Shown here: positions 29,764 to 38,270 of the stretch, in pieces
Numbering within the stretch: position 1 is the first letter of the stretch
Layout of the letters: each line of letters starts with the position of its first letter
Assembly: GCA_050950105.1 (NCBI GenBank)
Contig: JBMNGZ010000008.1
Span: forward strand, 121,416-185,415
Direction: 5' to 3'
Length of the DNA stretch: 64,000 bases
DNA from: Candidatus Hydrogenedentales bacterium
GTDB taxonomy: Bacteria > Hydrogenedentota > Hydrogenedentia > Hydrogenedentales > SLHB01
The notes under the pieces: model-generated
Database searches by the model: none
What the model saw: only the letters and a program-made list of their open reading frames with translations
Told to the model about the DNA's origin: nothing
Translations under genes and position numbers: made by a program

Positions 29764-31010
29764 GTACCAGTCGTCAAATCCAGGGTCATTTCGTATTGAC
29801 CCCCATCAGCCCGGTGCACATCGGCTCGGGCGAGATCCTCCAGGGGCTCGACTATACTCTGCGCGGCGACCAGTTTGCCGTCAAGGATGTCCTGGCCTTT
29901 TTCGAAGCCCACAAGGACAATACGAAATATGCCCTCGACGCCGTCGAGACCGGGCTCGACATCGGCGAAGACTACGTCCGGTACCGGATTCCGGCCTGCG
30001 CCGAGCCAGCGAGAAAAAAGCGAGGTCCACAGCGCGGCGGACCGCCCCGAAAAGACCAACCCTTTCTTGAAGGAAGGAGACCTCGGGGGCGAAAGACCAA
30101 GATGGACGCTCAAATGGCGAAGCTCCAGCGCCAGTCGGCTAGAAAGTATGGCGCGTCGCAGACCCCGAAAAAGCCTGACCCGCAGTCGGATGGGGGCGGC
30201 GGGGAGGTGCGCGCGTTCATCAAAGACCCCTTTGGCCAGGTGTTTTTCCCGGCCACGTCCTTCAAGGGCACCGTGCGGACCGCCCTGGCCTGTCACCTGG
30301 CCGAACAGGCTCCCGATGCATTCGCAGCCGCCCTGCGCGGGGTCGGGCGGCAGCGCAGGCAGAGCCCGGCATTTCAGCCCATCAAAGACGCCCTGTTTGG
30401 AAGAAGTGCCCATGAAGACCTGCTCAAGGCTCTGCGCATCCAGGACTCCCAGCCTCTGGCCCCGGAGGCCTGCCTCTTTTTGGCCCAGGTCAAGGTCATG
30501 AATGTTTTCCGCGGGCGGTTCAGCGAGAAACGCGGCGTGCCGATCCAGGCCGAATGCCTTGTGCCGGGAACGAATGGCATTCGGCTGCCGTTCCAGATCG
30601 ACCGGTTCGCGCTCGAGCGAGACCATGCGCTCAAACGCCCCCTCAAGGGCACGGGCGCGGCCCTCCTGCAGGACCGCGCCGCCTTCGAACACGCCTTGCG
30701 CGCTCATGGAGCGGCCCTGGCCCAGTACGAAAGCGATTTCTATGCCGGCCAGAACGAAACCCGCGCCCAACGCTTCTTCCAGAACCTCATCGGCAGCCAA
30801 CACATCCATCTGCCCGTCGGTTTTGGAACGGGCTGGCACACCAAGACCGTTGGCCGTCTCATCCCGGAGAGCGATCTCGCAAGACTACGCGAGAGAGGCG
30901 TCCTGAAGCGCCCGGCTGCGGCCATTTTTCCCAAAACACGCAAATGGGCCCGCTGTAAAGAAGGAGAGCTGCCTATGGGATGGCTCAAGGTCGCCATCGA
31001 ATGGAAATAG
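29760..31010 (+). CDS. csm5: Type III-A Csm5 (Cas7-like)
   Basis: TPISPVHIGSGE, FIKD, PATSFKGTVRTAL, LRIQDS, VGFGTGWHTKT, FPKTR, PMGW. Confidence 0.9.
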   Translation: MSTSRQIQGHFVLTPISPVHIGSGEILQGLDYTLRGDQFAVKDVLAFFEAHKDNTKYALDAVETGLDIGEDYVRYRIPACAEPARKKRGPQRGGPPRKDQPFLEGRRPRGRKTKMDAQMAKLQRQSARKYGASQTPKKPDPQSDGGGGEVRAFIKDPFGQVFFPATSFKGTVRTALACHLAEQAPDAFAAALRGVGRQRRQSPAFQPIKDALFGRSAHEDLLKALRIQDSQPLAPEACLFLAQVKVMNVFRGRFSEKRGVPIQAECLVPGTNGIRLPFQIDRFALERDHALKRPLKGTGAALLQDRAAFEHALRAHGAALAQYESDFYAGQNETRAQRFFQNLIGSQHIHLPVGFGTGWHTKTVGRLIPESDLARLRERGVLKRPAAAIFPKTRKWARCKEGELPMGWLKVAIEWK

Positions 31011-31265
31011 AAACCACGGCCGAAGATTGAAAATACAGCTCATTGCACCTTCAATCTTCGAATCGGTATAACTGAAGAAACCAAAAGGAGTTGCAGACAA
31101 TGAACAAGCTAAATGCCCCGCCAGGAGGGCCTCAATCGGCGTATATCGGGCCGATCTTCGCCCGAATTTCCGAGAAATGCCGAAACCCTTGTGCCCAAAC
31201 GCTTTCTCTGCCCCAAGCGCCCCCAGGAGTCGACCCCGTTGCCCAAAAAAACCAGGAAAAAGTCT
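31011..31265 (+). promoter_or_regulatory. Putative CRISPR leader
   Basis: Non-coding, A-rich stretch next to the first perfect repeat. The degenerate repeat is at the opposite end. Confidence 0.6.
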
Positions 31266-32175
31266 GTTGAAGAAGATGACCTGATGAAGAAGGGATCGAA
31301 ACAATGAGTGCATATGCCACTTCACTTTCCGCTTCAGTTGAAGAAGATGACCTGATGAAGAAGGGATCGAAACTCCAGAAGGAATCTAAGCCTTTCCATG
31401 GCCTCGATGAGTTGAAGAAGATGACCTGATGAAGAAGGGATCGAAACCGATTGACCCCGACAACGACAAGACCGGGTATTAGGTTGAAGAAGATGACCTG
31501 ATGAAGAAGGGATCGAAACTGATTTTATTTAACGTTCTTTTGAATTGGAACAGGACGTTGAAGAAGATGACCTGATGAAGAAGGGATCGAAACTTATTCT
31601 CGAACGCTATCGCTTCTTCGTAATACAGACTGTTGAAGAAGATGACCTGATGAAGAAGGGATCGAAACACGTATTGTGCCAATTTCTCATGGAACACCAC
31701 CCATGTTGAAGAAGATGACCTGATGAAGAAGGGATCGAAACTGGAACCCCTTCAGAATGTTGGGGTTCTTCGCATCGGTTGAAGAAGATGACCTGATGAA
31801 GAAGGGATCGAAACGTTGTCACGAACACACGTTTTGCTACGCGTACCTGCAGTTGAAGAAGATGACCTGATGAAGAAGGGATCGAAGCCTCTCCAATTCT
31901 TTCCATTTCCGAATGGAGAAGGACTGTTGAAGAAGATGACCTGATGAAGAAGGGATCGAAACGCATCCAAATCTTCCAGTGTTTCAGCCTTGAAATGCGT
32001 TGAAGAAGATGACCTGATGAAGAAGGGATCGAAACTCGAGGCCCACAGCATCGGGATTCTCGATCTCCAGCAGTTGAAGAAGATGACCTGATGAAGAAGG
32101 GATCGAAACCCACCAGCGCGGGCCCTCGTCCCAGTCTTGCACGGCCGTTGAAGAAGATGACCTGATGAAGAAGGG
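31266..32175 (+). CRISPR. CRISPR array: 13 repeats (last degenerate), 12 spacers of 34-38 bp
   Basis: 37-bp repeat GTTGAAGAAGATGACCTGATGAAGAAGGGATCGAAAC starting at 31266, 31337, 31411, 31483, 31557, 31632, 31705, 31778, 31852 (ends GAAGC), 31926, 31999, 32073 and 32147 (truncated). Confidence 0.99.
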
Positions 32176-32325
32176 GTGCGTGGACAATCGCAGTGCGGGT
32201 GGATGGGGACATAGGGGCTGGTGGTTTTTGTGCAGTTGGGCCTGGCATGTACCTCTCCCGGGATGGAGGAGCAGGTGCTGGAGCCGTGTCTGGTTTGCCG
32301 GGTGCCCGAGCCGGAGGGCGTGCAT

Positions 32326-32457
32326 ATGGAGCTTCTGCTGACGGAATACGGGGCGAAGCTGGGCAAGCGGGGAGAATGCCTGGTGGTGAAGCGTGCCAAG
32401 GGGCCGGATGTCGAAGTTGTGGCGGAGGATGTGACGTCGGTGGCCGGACTCTGGTAG
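32326..32457 (+). pseudogene. cas1: Truncated cas1 N-terminus (43 aa)
   Basis: ggagg RBS, then MELLLTEYGAKLGKRGECLVVKR..EVVAEDV, which resembles the first beta strands of Cas1, then a stop. Confidence 0.7.
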
Positions 32458-32494
32458 GGGCGCGGGTTTCACACGTTAAAGGGGTACAGGTCCT

Positions 32495-33922
32495 ATGAAG
32501 ATATGTCTCATCGCAAACGTGGGTAAGCGGGATTTGCAGCTGGACGGCGCCCCGCTGCCTGCCAAGGGAGAAGGCGGCCTTCGTGGGCAGGCTGCCGCGC
32601 TTCTGAAGGACTACGACACGGTCCGGGAGCGTCTCAGTGCGCCGATGATTTTGCCCGCGCTGGGACGGATCTTCCGGCTGAGAGCGGAACGCATCGCGGC
32701 GCTCCTGCTGGTGGCGACCGACCAGGAAGATGAGGCTTTTCGAGGCGGAGACACCATTGAATGCGCTGAAGTGCTGAAACGGTTCGTGTTCGACCAGTGC
32801 TCGCGAGGGAAGGCGCCGGAAAAGAAGCAGCTCACGCAAGAACCGATTGTGGTACGGATTTCCGAGGCCCCTCACCAATACGACCGCATGGCGGATTTTT
32901 ATCGGAAGAAAATAGTCACGGAGAAAGCGTTGCGCGATGCGGATTGCGTATATCTCTTGTGCGCGGGCGGCACCCCGGCATGCAATACGGCCTTGCTTCT
33001 CGCGGGCGTGGCGCGGTTTCGGGAGAAGTGCGAGGTGCTCAACGTGGACGAAGGGACCGGCACCGTCGGGCTATTGAGCATCGGGCGGGAGATGCTCGAC
33101 GGGTACCGCAGAGAAGCGCGGGGCCGCCTGCTCGAGCGCTGGGATTTTGACGCCATCGCCTGCGATCCTGCCTACGACACAACCCTGCGCCAGGTGGCCG
33201 AGGCTGCGGAAGCCCGGCTGAACTTCGATTTTGAGCGCCACGAACGGCTTGTCGCGGATTTGGCTCCCACCGAGGCCCGGCACCGGCGCGACTTGGATGC
33301 CCTGGACGTGGAGGCCCAATACCTGACGAAACTTTGCGACGAAGCAAAGCTTTTGCAGGAACTCTTTTGGAATGCTCATGTCAAATGGCAGCGGAACGAA
33401 TGCGCGGATTTTCTGGGGCGGGTGTGGCGCTTGTGCGAGGCGGCGTTGTACCGCGTTGTGGGCCAGATCACGGGGCTTAAATTTGACGGCACGCGTAAAT
33501 CCGAGGTGTGTTTTGAGCGCTGGGCATCCGCCCAGAGCGGGCTGATGGAATGGGTGCAAAAAGAGATGCGGCAGCCTCAGGTCGCGCTCCGGCCAAATAC
33601 CGAAATTCTGCAACATACCCTGACTTATATGATTCAGCCGGAGAATCTTTCGCGCTTTCCTGCGGCGCCCCCGGAACTGGGCGAGATTGCGCGCCAGGTT
33701 AAAGCGCTGTACAGAGCGCGCGGACTTCGCAATAAGTCGATTATCGCCCACGGCTATCAGGGCTTATCAAAGGAAGGCATCCGCAAAGCACTTGGAAACG
33801 ACGAGACGAGCCCTTTCGAAACCTTACAGAGACTCCTGGAAGCCCAGGGTGTTGCCATCAACGACAATCCTTTTGATCGCTATGCGAAACTCATACGCGC
33901 GCTCGATAAGGACGGTGCCTGA
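32495..33922 (+). CDS. CARF-HEPN ancillary ribonuclease (Csm6/Csx1-like)
   Basis: CARF-like LIANVGKRD, ATDQ...DT, LCAGGTPA. C-terminal HEPN motif RNKSIIAHG. Confidence 0.82.
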   Translation: MKICLIANVGKRDLQLDGAPLPAKGEGGLRGQAAALLKDYDTVRERLSAPMILPALGRIFRLRAERIAALLLVATDQEDEAFRGGDTIECAEVLKRFVFDQCSRGKAPEKKQLTQEPIVVRISEAPHQYDRMADFYRKKIVTEKALRDADCVYLLCAGGTPACNTALLLAGVARFREKCEVLNVDEGTGTVGLLSIGREMLDGYRREARGRLLERWDFDAIACDPAYDTTLRQVAEAAEARLNFDFERHERLVADLAPTEARHRRDLDALDVEAQYLTKLCDEAKLLQELFWNAHVKWQRNECADFLGRVWRLCEAALYRVVGQITGLKFDGTRKSEVCFERWASAQSGLMEWVQKEMRQPQVALRPNTEILQHTLTYMIQPENLSRFPAAPPELGEIARQVKALYRARGLRNKSIIAHGYQGLSKEGIRKALGNDETSPFETLQRLLEAQGVAINDNPFDRYAKLIRALDKDGA

Positions 33923-34923
33923 TGTTTGAAGAACTCACCGCCACAAAGCAGCGCGTGACCTTTCGTGTTCTGGAACCGCTTGTTCTGCCCGAATACAAGG
34001 GGGCAACGTTTCGTGGGGCTCTCGGATTTGCGTTCAAACGAATCGCCTGTGCGTTGCCCCGGAAGACCTGCGACACGTGCCTGCTCCGCGAACGCTGCGC
34101 CTACAGCGTGTGTTTCGAAACCCCCGTGCCGGCCGGGTCCGAAACCATGCGTAAATACCCCTTCGCACCGCATCCCTTTGTGCTCGAGCCTCCTGTGGGC
34201 GGGCGACGCAGCTACCAGCCCGGAGAGGAACTCGCACTCAATCTGTGCCTGGTCGGCCGGGGAAATGACTATCTCGCTCACTTCATCTATGCCTTCGAGG
34301 AAATGGGCAGCCAGGGCCTCGGACGAGACCGCGCGAAATGCGAGCTGGGAACCGTGGTCTCGACTGCAGCTCAGGAAAAGCCGATCTATGATCATGCGAA
34401 ACAGTCTTTTGTCGGCGAAACAGACCGGATCTCCGCAACCGACATAATCGCCCGTGCAGAGGATTTTATCGACATCCCCATCCGCATCGTTTTTGAGACC
34501 CCGACGCGCGTGAAGTCGAGGGGAAACCTCACGGATTCGCCCGATTTGGGCGTGTTGTTCCCGGCACTGCTCCGGCGCTTGAATTCGCTCAATTATTTTC
34601 ATTGTGGCGGGCCCAGCGATGTTGATGTGAAGCCTGTGCTTGAGGCAGCGCGGGCGACCGAAGTGGAGCGGAGCGATGTGCAATGGATCGACTGGGATCG
34701 CTACTCCGGGCGGCAACAACGGCGGATGAAATTGGGCGGATTTGTCGGGACTGTGGATTACCCGCCGCTGGACCCGGTATTGCTTCCCGCGCTGCTCTGG
34801 GGAGAACTGCTGCATATGGGCAAAGCCAGCGCCTTTGGCCTGGGGAAATTTCGCCTCGAAAAACGCCAGGCCAGGAGGACCGCTCAGGCTCCGGGATTCA
34901 ACGACTGCGCGAACAGCGCCTGA
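33922..34923 (+). CDS. cas6: Cas6 crRNA-processing endoribonuclease
   Basis: GATFRGALG, CDTCLLRERCAY, PHPFVL, ETPTR, RYSGRQ, Gly-rich loop HMGKASAFGLG. Confidence 0.93.
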   Translation: MFEELTATKQRVTFRVLEPLVLPEYKGATFRGALGFAFKRIACALPRKTCDTCLLRERCAYSVCFETPVPAGSETMRKYPFAPHPFVLEPPVGGRRSYQPGEELALNLCLVGRGNDYLAHFIYAFEEMGSQGLGRDRAKCELGTVVSTAAQEKPIYDHAKQSFVGETDRISATDIIARAEDFIDIPIRIVFETPTRVKSRGNLTDSPDLGVLFPALLRRLNSLNYFHCGGPSDVDVKPVLEAARATEVERSDVQWIDWDRYSGRQQRRMKLGGFVGTVDYPPLDPVLLPALLWGELLHMGKASAFGLGKFRLEKRQARRTAQAPGFNDCANSA

Positions 34924-34975
34924 ACGCGCCGTCTATTGCGCCCCATCTTGAATCTGCACGCTTCCTGGCACTCCT

Positions 34976-35407
34976 TCAGGTCCGGGCGTGCCCGTTAATC
35001 CAAGCGTCCACGGCATCGATATCGTAACGAATCAGGCGGCCGATGCGGACATAAGGCGGCATCCCGCCATGTTCCCCACGGTCTCCATTCACCCGGCTCT
35101 TTCGCAGGTATTGACGGCTGACTCCCAAATACTCGGCGGCTTCTTTCTCGGATAGCAGCTTCTTGCAGGGAAGCGTCTCAGGGCTGTTTCCAAGTCGCAT
35201 TTGGGGTGAAGGCGGTTCCGCAGGAATTGAGTTCTTCTCCAGGGCCGTACATTCGCCACACCAGTCATGAGAGCCTGTTACAACCCAGGCAACTTCATCA
35301 CCAAGAGGAAGGTTCCTCGGCGTGGCACGCGGAGGATATCTCCGGCATTCCCCAAGGCCGCTTCGCAGCACGTTCCAACAGGCGCAAACTGAACATGTAT
35401 GACTCAT
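34976..35407 (-). CDS. Excisionase/AlpA-like HTH protein with Cys-rich N-terminus
   Basis: LLSEKEAAEYLGVSRQYLRK...PPYVRIGRLIRYDIDAVDAWI. N-terminal CSVC..CRRYPP..DWCGE. Confidence 0.7.
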   Translation of the reverse strand: MSHTCSVCACWNVLRSGLGECRRYPPRATPRNLPLGDEVAWVVTGSHDWCGECTALEKNSIPAEPPSPQMRLGNSPETLPCKKLLSEKEAAEYLGVSRQYLRKSRVNGDRGEHGGMPPYVRIGRLIRYDIDAVDAWINGHART

Positions 35408-35528
35408 TGCTAAGTTCGCCCTTCGGCGCAGGGCCAAAATGCGCGATGGTTGGATATTTCGGGCGCGAACACTCTGTGAATACGGCTGGTCGCGAGCAGT
35501 GAAAACTGTGTGCCGCGGGCAGCGGGTA

Positions 35529-35801
35529 CTACACTTCTGAACCCACCCCCCGCTTCACTTCTAAACCGGCAAGCACACCACCAGGTAGCGACAGGATACC
35601 GGCACGAACAAGAGCATCAAAAAATTTCAGAAATTTTGTGCGAGCGACAGTACACACCTTCAGCGGTCCACGTTTCCCCCCCCTGGCCCCCAGTCGGCTT
35701 TTCCACAGGACCAGCCATGGTTTCGGGTCGAGGACTTTGCCTAGCCGGGGCCGCCGCCACAGCTTCTTCCGGGCTTCGGCCGGGATCTTGCTCTCATCCA
35801 C
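35529..35801 (-). CDS. Hypothetical basic protein
   Basis: 90-aa ORF with ATG, co-oriented with the HTH gene. No recognised motif. Confidence 0.3.
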   Translation of the reverse strand: MDESKIPAEARKKLWRRPRLGKVLDPKPWLVLWKSRLGARGGKRGPLKVCTVARTKFLKFFDALVRAGILSLPGGVLAGLEVKRGVGSEV

Positions 35802-36410
35802 GGGCGCACGGCCCCATCGAAGAAGACCGAAGCTGGAGGCTTGCTTGAGACCAGGCTTTCGAGCGGCATGGGGACGTGTCGGCTATCGAGGCCTTGGCAT
35901 GCAGCACGAACAGCACCGCCGTACTCTGCGGCGGCACCTCGCCCGTACGTTGTGCGCTTGGTGCCAGGGGAGCGCGGCGGCCGATTCGCCACATAGGATG
36001 GACTGCGCACGCGCGCCCAGGCAAAAGAAGCAGCGCCACGGACGCAATGGGCACAACACTGCCGCGGTGCGTTCCGAACTCGGGTATGCGGTTACAGCGC
36101 GAGGGGATGCAGCCGAAGACGCCGCCGCAATGTGAGGTTCGACGAGAGGCTCTGGCACTCTGGCGGTCCAGCCCAAGCCCTGCAACGCAGCGAGTGTGCT
36201 TGTACAACGCGCAGGGGCAAGCCAGGGGTTTTGTCAGTTCTGTCAGCGATTTCTCTATCGGTGAATACAAAAGGCGTCAGAGACCGAAATCGAAGATTGA
36301 ACTTCCAACCACAGCAGCAACACCCCATGAACGGGCGGCAATTGGAGTTACGGCGGCGTTACGGGAAAGAAAAAGGACCTAGGCGGGTTCGCGTAAGTCC
36401 TTGAGGTGCC

Positions 36411-36486
36411 TGGAGCTGGAGGGGGGAATCGAACCCCCGACCTCATCATTACGAGTGATGCGCTCTGCCAACTGAGCTACTCCAGC
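36411..36486 (-). tRNA. tRNA-Thr(CGT)
   Basis: Reverse complement GCTGGAGTAGCTCAGTTGGCAGAGCGCATCACTCGTAATGATGAGGTCGGGGGTTCGATTCCCCCCTCCAGCTCCA; 76 nt, CCA end. Confidence 0.97.
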
Positions 36487-36495
36487 AAAAAAAAA

Positions 36496-36571
<76 letters not shown>

Positions 36572-36580
36572 ACGGGCACG

Positions 36581-36610
36581 ATAATACAATTTGGGGCGGG
36601 CGAAAGTCAA
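36581..36610 (-). promoter_or_regulatory. Sigma-70-type promoter of the tRNA pair
   Basis: TTGACT-N18-TATTAT immediately upstream of tRNA-Phe. Confidence 0.6.
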
Positions 36611-36809
36611 TGTATTCCAAGCGATATTTTACGCGGGGATGCTTGTGCGGGTCGGAAGGCGATCCCAACGCGGCATCGGGAGCCGGGTGGTGGCTCTGCG
36701 CCGGGCGCGTGTTCTTGGTTGGCGTCGATCGTTCGCACGCGGGTTTTTCCAGAGGCGCACAAATCGGCGTCCCGCACGGCGTGCTTCAATCGGGAGGCGT
36801 GCGGGCCGG

Positions 36810-38270
36810 TCACGGCTCTGGCGGCGCGGTAGATGGCCGCTGGGCGTGTTCGCGGAGGCGGTCGATGGCGAGGCGTTGCAGCGCAGCGCGGCTGGGTTTG
36901 AGGCCGGTCTGCGGGGTGTCCTCGGGCCAGTCCAGGAAGTGCGCCGGCAGCTTATATCGTGGCAGGATTTTCGCCAGGCGCGCACGCAATGCATCGGGTT
37001 CCCACGTGAACCCGGGGGCCGGGGCAATGAATGCCACGGGGCGCGAGCCGAACTCGGGGTCGGGCACAGGCACGACGATTGCCCGAGCCACGTCCTGAAA
37101 GGCGCAGAGGGCCGTTTCGATCTCCTCGGGCTGGATGTTTTCCCCACCCGATACAAACAGATTGTCTTTCCGGCCCGTAAGCACCAGATTGCCGGCCTCG
37201 TCGAGGCGTCCCAGGTCGCCGGTCGGAAACCATCCGTCGGAAGTCAGGGGCCGGCGCAGGGTCCCGTCGCGCTGAAGGTAACCGAGGAACAGGGTCCTGC
37301 CGCGCACCTGAATTTCCCCGCCGGATGCAATGCGCACGGTACCGGCCGTCAACGGCAGGCCCGAGGTTTTCAATGCGCCGAGGGTCGCGCCCGGGGGATT
37401 GGTGGCCATCTGCGACGCGGTTTCCGTGAGCCCGTAGGTGCTATAGAGCGGGACTTCACACGCCACAGCGCGCTCGATCAGTCTCGCGGGTGTCGCCCCG
37501 CCTCCGACCAGGACGGCCTTGAGCCGGCGCAGGGCGTGCTGTCCCGAGGGTGTGCTCAGCAGGCGCTGCAACTGGGCCGCAACAAGCGACAGATGGGTCA
37601 CGTCCAGGCGTGCGATCGCATGCTCAAGCGCTTCCTGGGGCTCAGGCAGCGCCACCGCAGCTCCGGCCAGCAGGCAACGAAACACGATTCCCAGTCCGGA
37701 CACATGATGCCAGGGCAGGGAGAGCAGCCACCGGTCGCCGGGCTGGATCTGCAGGTTCTTGTTTGAGGCGGCGGCGTTTGCCAGATGATTTCCGAGAGAA
37801 AGCACGGCCAATTTGGGCACGTTCGTGCTTCCTGAGGTGGCGATCAGGGTTGCCGGCGCGTCGGGCTCTACTTCCACGACGGCCAGGCGGTTTGGATAGG
37901 CCAGCAGGGCATCAGGCGCTACCCGGTGCGGTAATTCTCCCGCCTGTGCGGATGCTACAACGCATCGGCAGTCCGTATGAGCAAGATGTTCGAGGAGCGC
38001 CGGCCTGGGAAGGCGCGCGTTCGGGATATAGACGGCGCATCCCGCGCGAAACGCACCGAAGAGGATCGCCAGAGACCAGAGATCCGGCGGCTCCATGAGC
38101 GCAATCCGAGCCCCCGTGCTCAGGCCGGCCGAGCGGAGCGCCGCCGCAACCGCTGCGGCCTTCGCATCGCAGTCCGCGAACGATATCGTCTGTCCGGACG
38201 CGGCGACGAGCGCGGCTGCGTCCGGGTGGCGCAAGGTGGCGGTATGAAGAGGGCAGGGCATGCGGCTCAT
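36810..38270 (-). CDS. menE: O-succinylbenzoate-CoA ligase
   Basis: TSGSTNVPK, YGLTETASQ, TGDLG, GRKDNLFVSGGENIQPEEIE; operon context. Confidence 0.9.
   Translation of the reverse strand: MSRMPCPLHTATLRHPDAAALVAASGQTISFADCDAKAAAVAAALRSAGLSTGARIALMEPPDLWSLAILFGAFRAGCAVYIPNARLPRPALLEHLAHTDCRCVVASAQAGELPHRVAPDALLAYPNRLAVVEVEPDAPATLIATSGSTNVPKLAVLSLGNHLANAAASNKNLQIQPGDRWLLSLPWHHVSGLGIVFRCLLAGAAVALPEPQEALEHAIARLDVTHLSLVAAQLQRLLSTPSGQHALRRLKAVLVGGGATPARLIERAVACEVPLYSTYGLTETASQMATNPPGATLGALKTSGLPLTAGTVRIASGGEIQVRGRTLFLGYLQRDGTLRRPLTSDGWFPTGDLGRLDEAGNLVLTGRKDNLFVSGGENIQPEEIETALCAFQDVARAIVVPVPDPEFGSRPVAFIAPAPGFTWEPDALRARLAKILPRYKLPAHFLDWPEDTPQTGLKPSRAALQRLAIDRLREHAQRPSTAPPEP

Larger units (their letters stand above)
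10717..36410. mobile_element. ~25.7-kb tRNA-Thr-integrated defence island (integrase not seen)
   Basis: Bounded by the intact tRNA-Thr and the partial tRNA copy. Contains DUF3987 and excisionase-like HTH genes, R-M and CRISPR cargo. Confidence 0.8.

Noticed and set aside
31744-31768. Hairpin gaacccc...ggggttc inside spacer 7
   Set aside because: A single 7-bp stem, and the antisense reads as ordinary coding sequence; no evidence of function.
32110-32146. Spacer 12 resemblance to ~9303-9318 in the large ATPase gene
   Set aside because: Only a short (~15-nt) imperfect GC-rich match, expected by chance; not a protospacer.
31479-32878. Repetitive minus-strand ORFs (FDPFFIRSSSS, RSLLHQVIFFN)
   Set aside because: Translations of the CRISPR repeats.
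35802-36350. Overlapping ORFs near the island end as a possible integrase
   Set aside because: No tyrosine- or serine-recombinase motifs recognisable in any frame.
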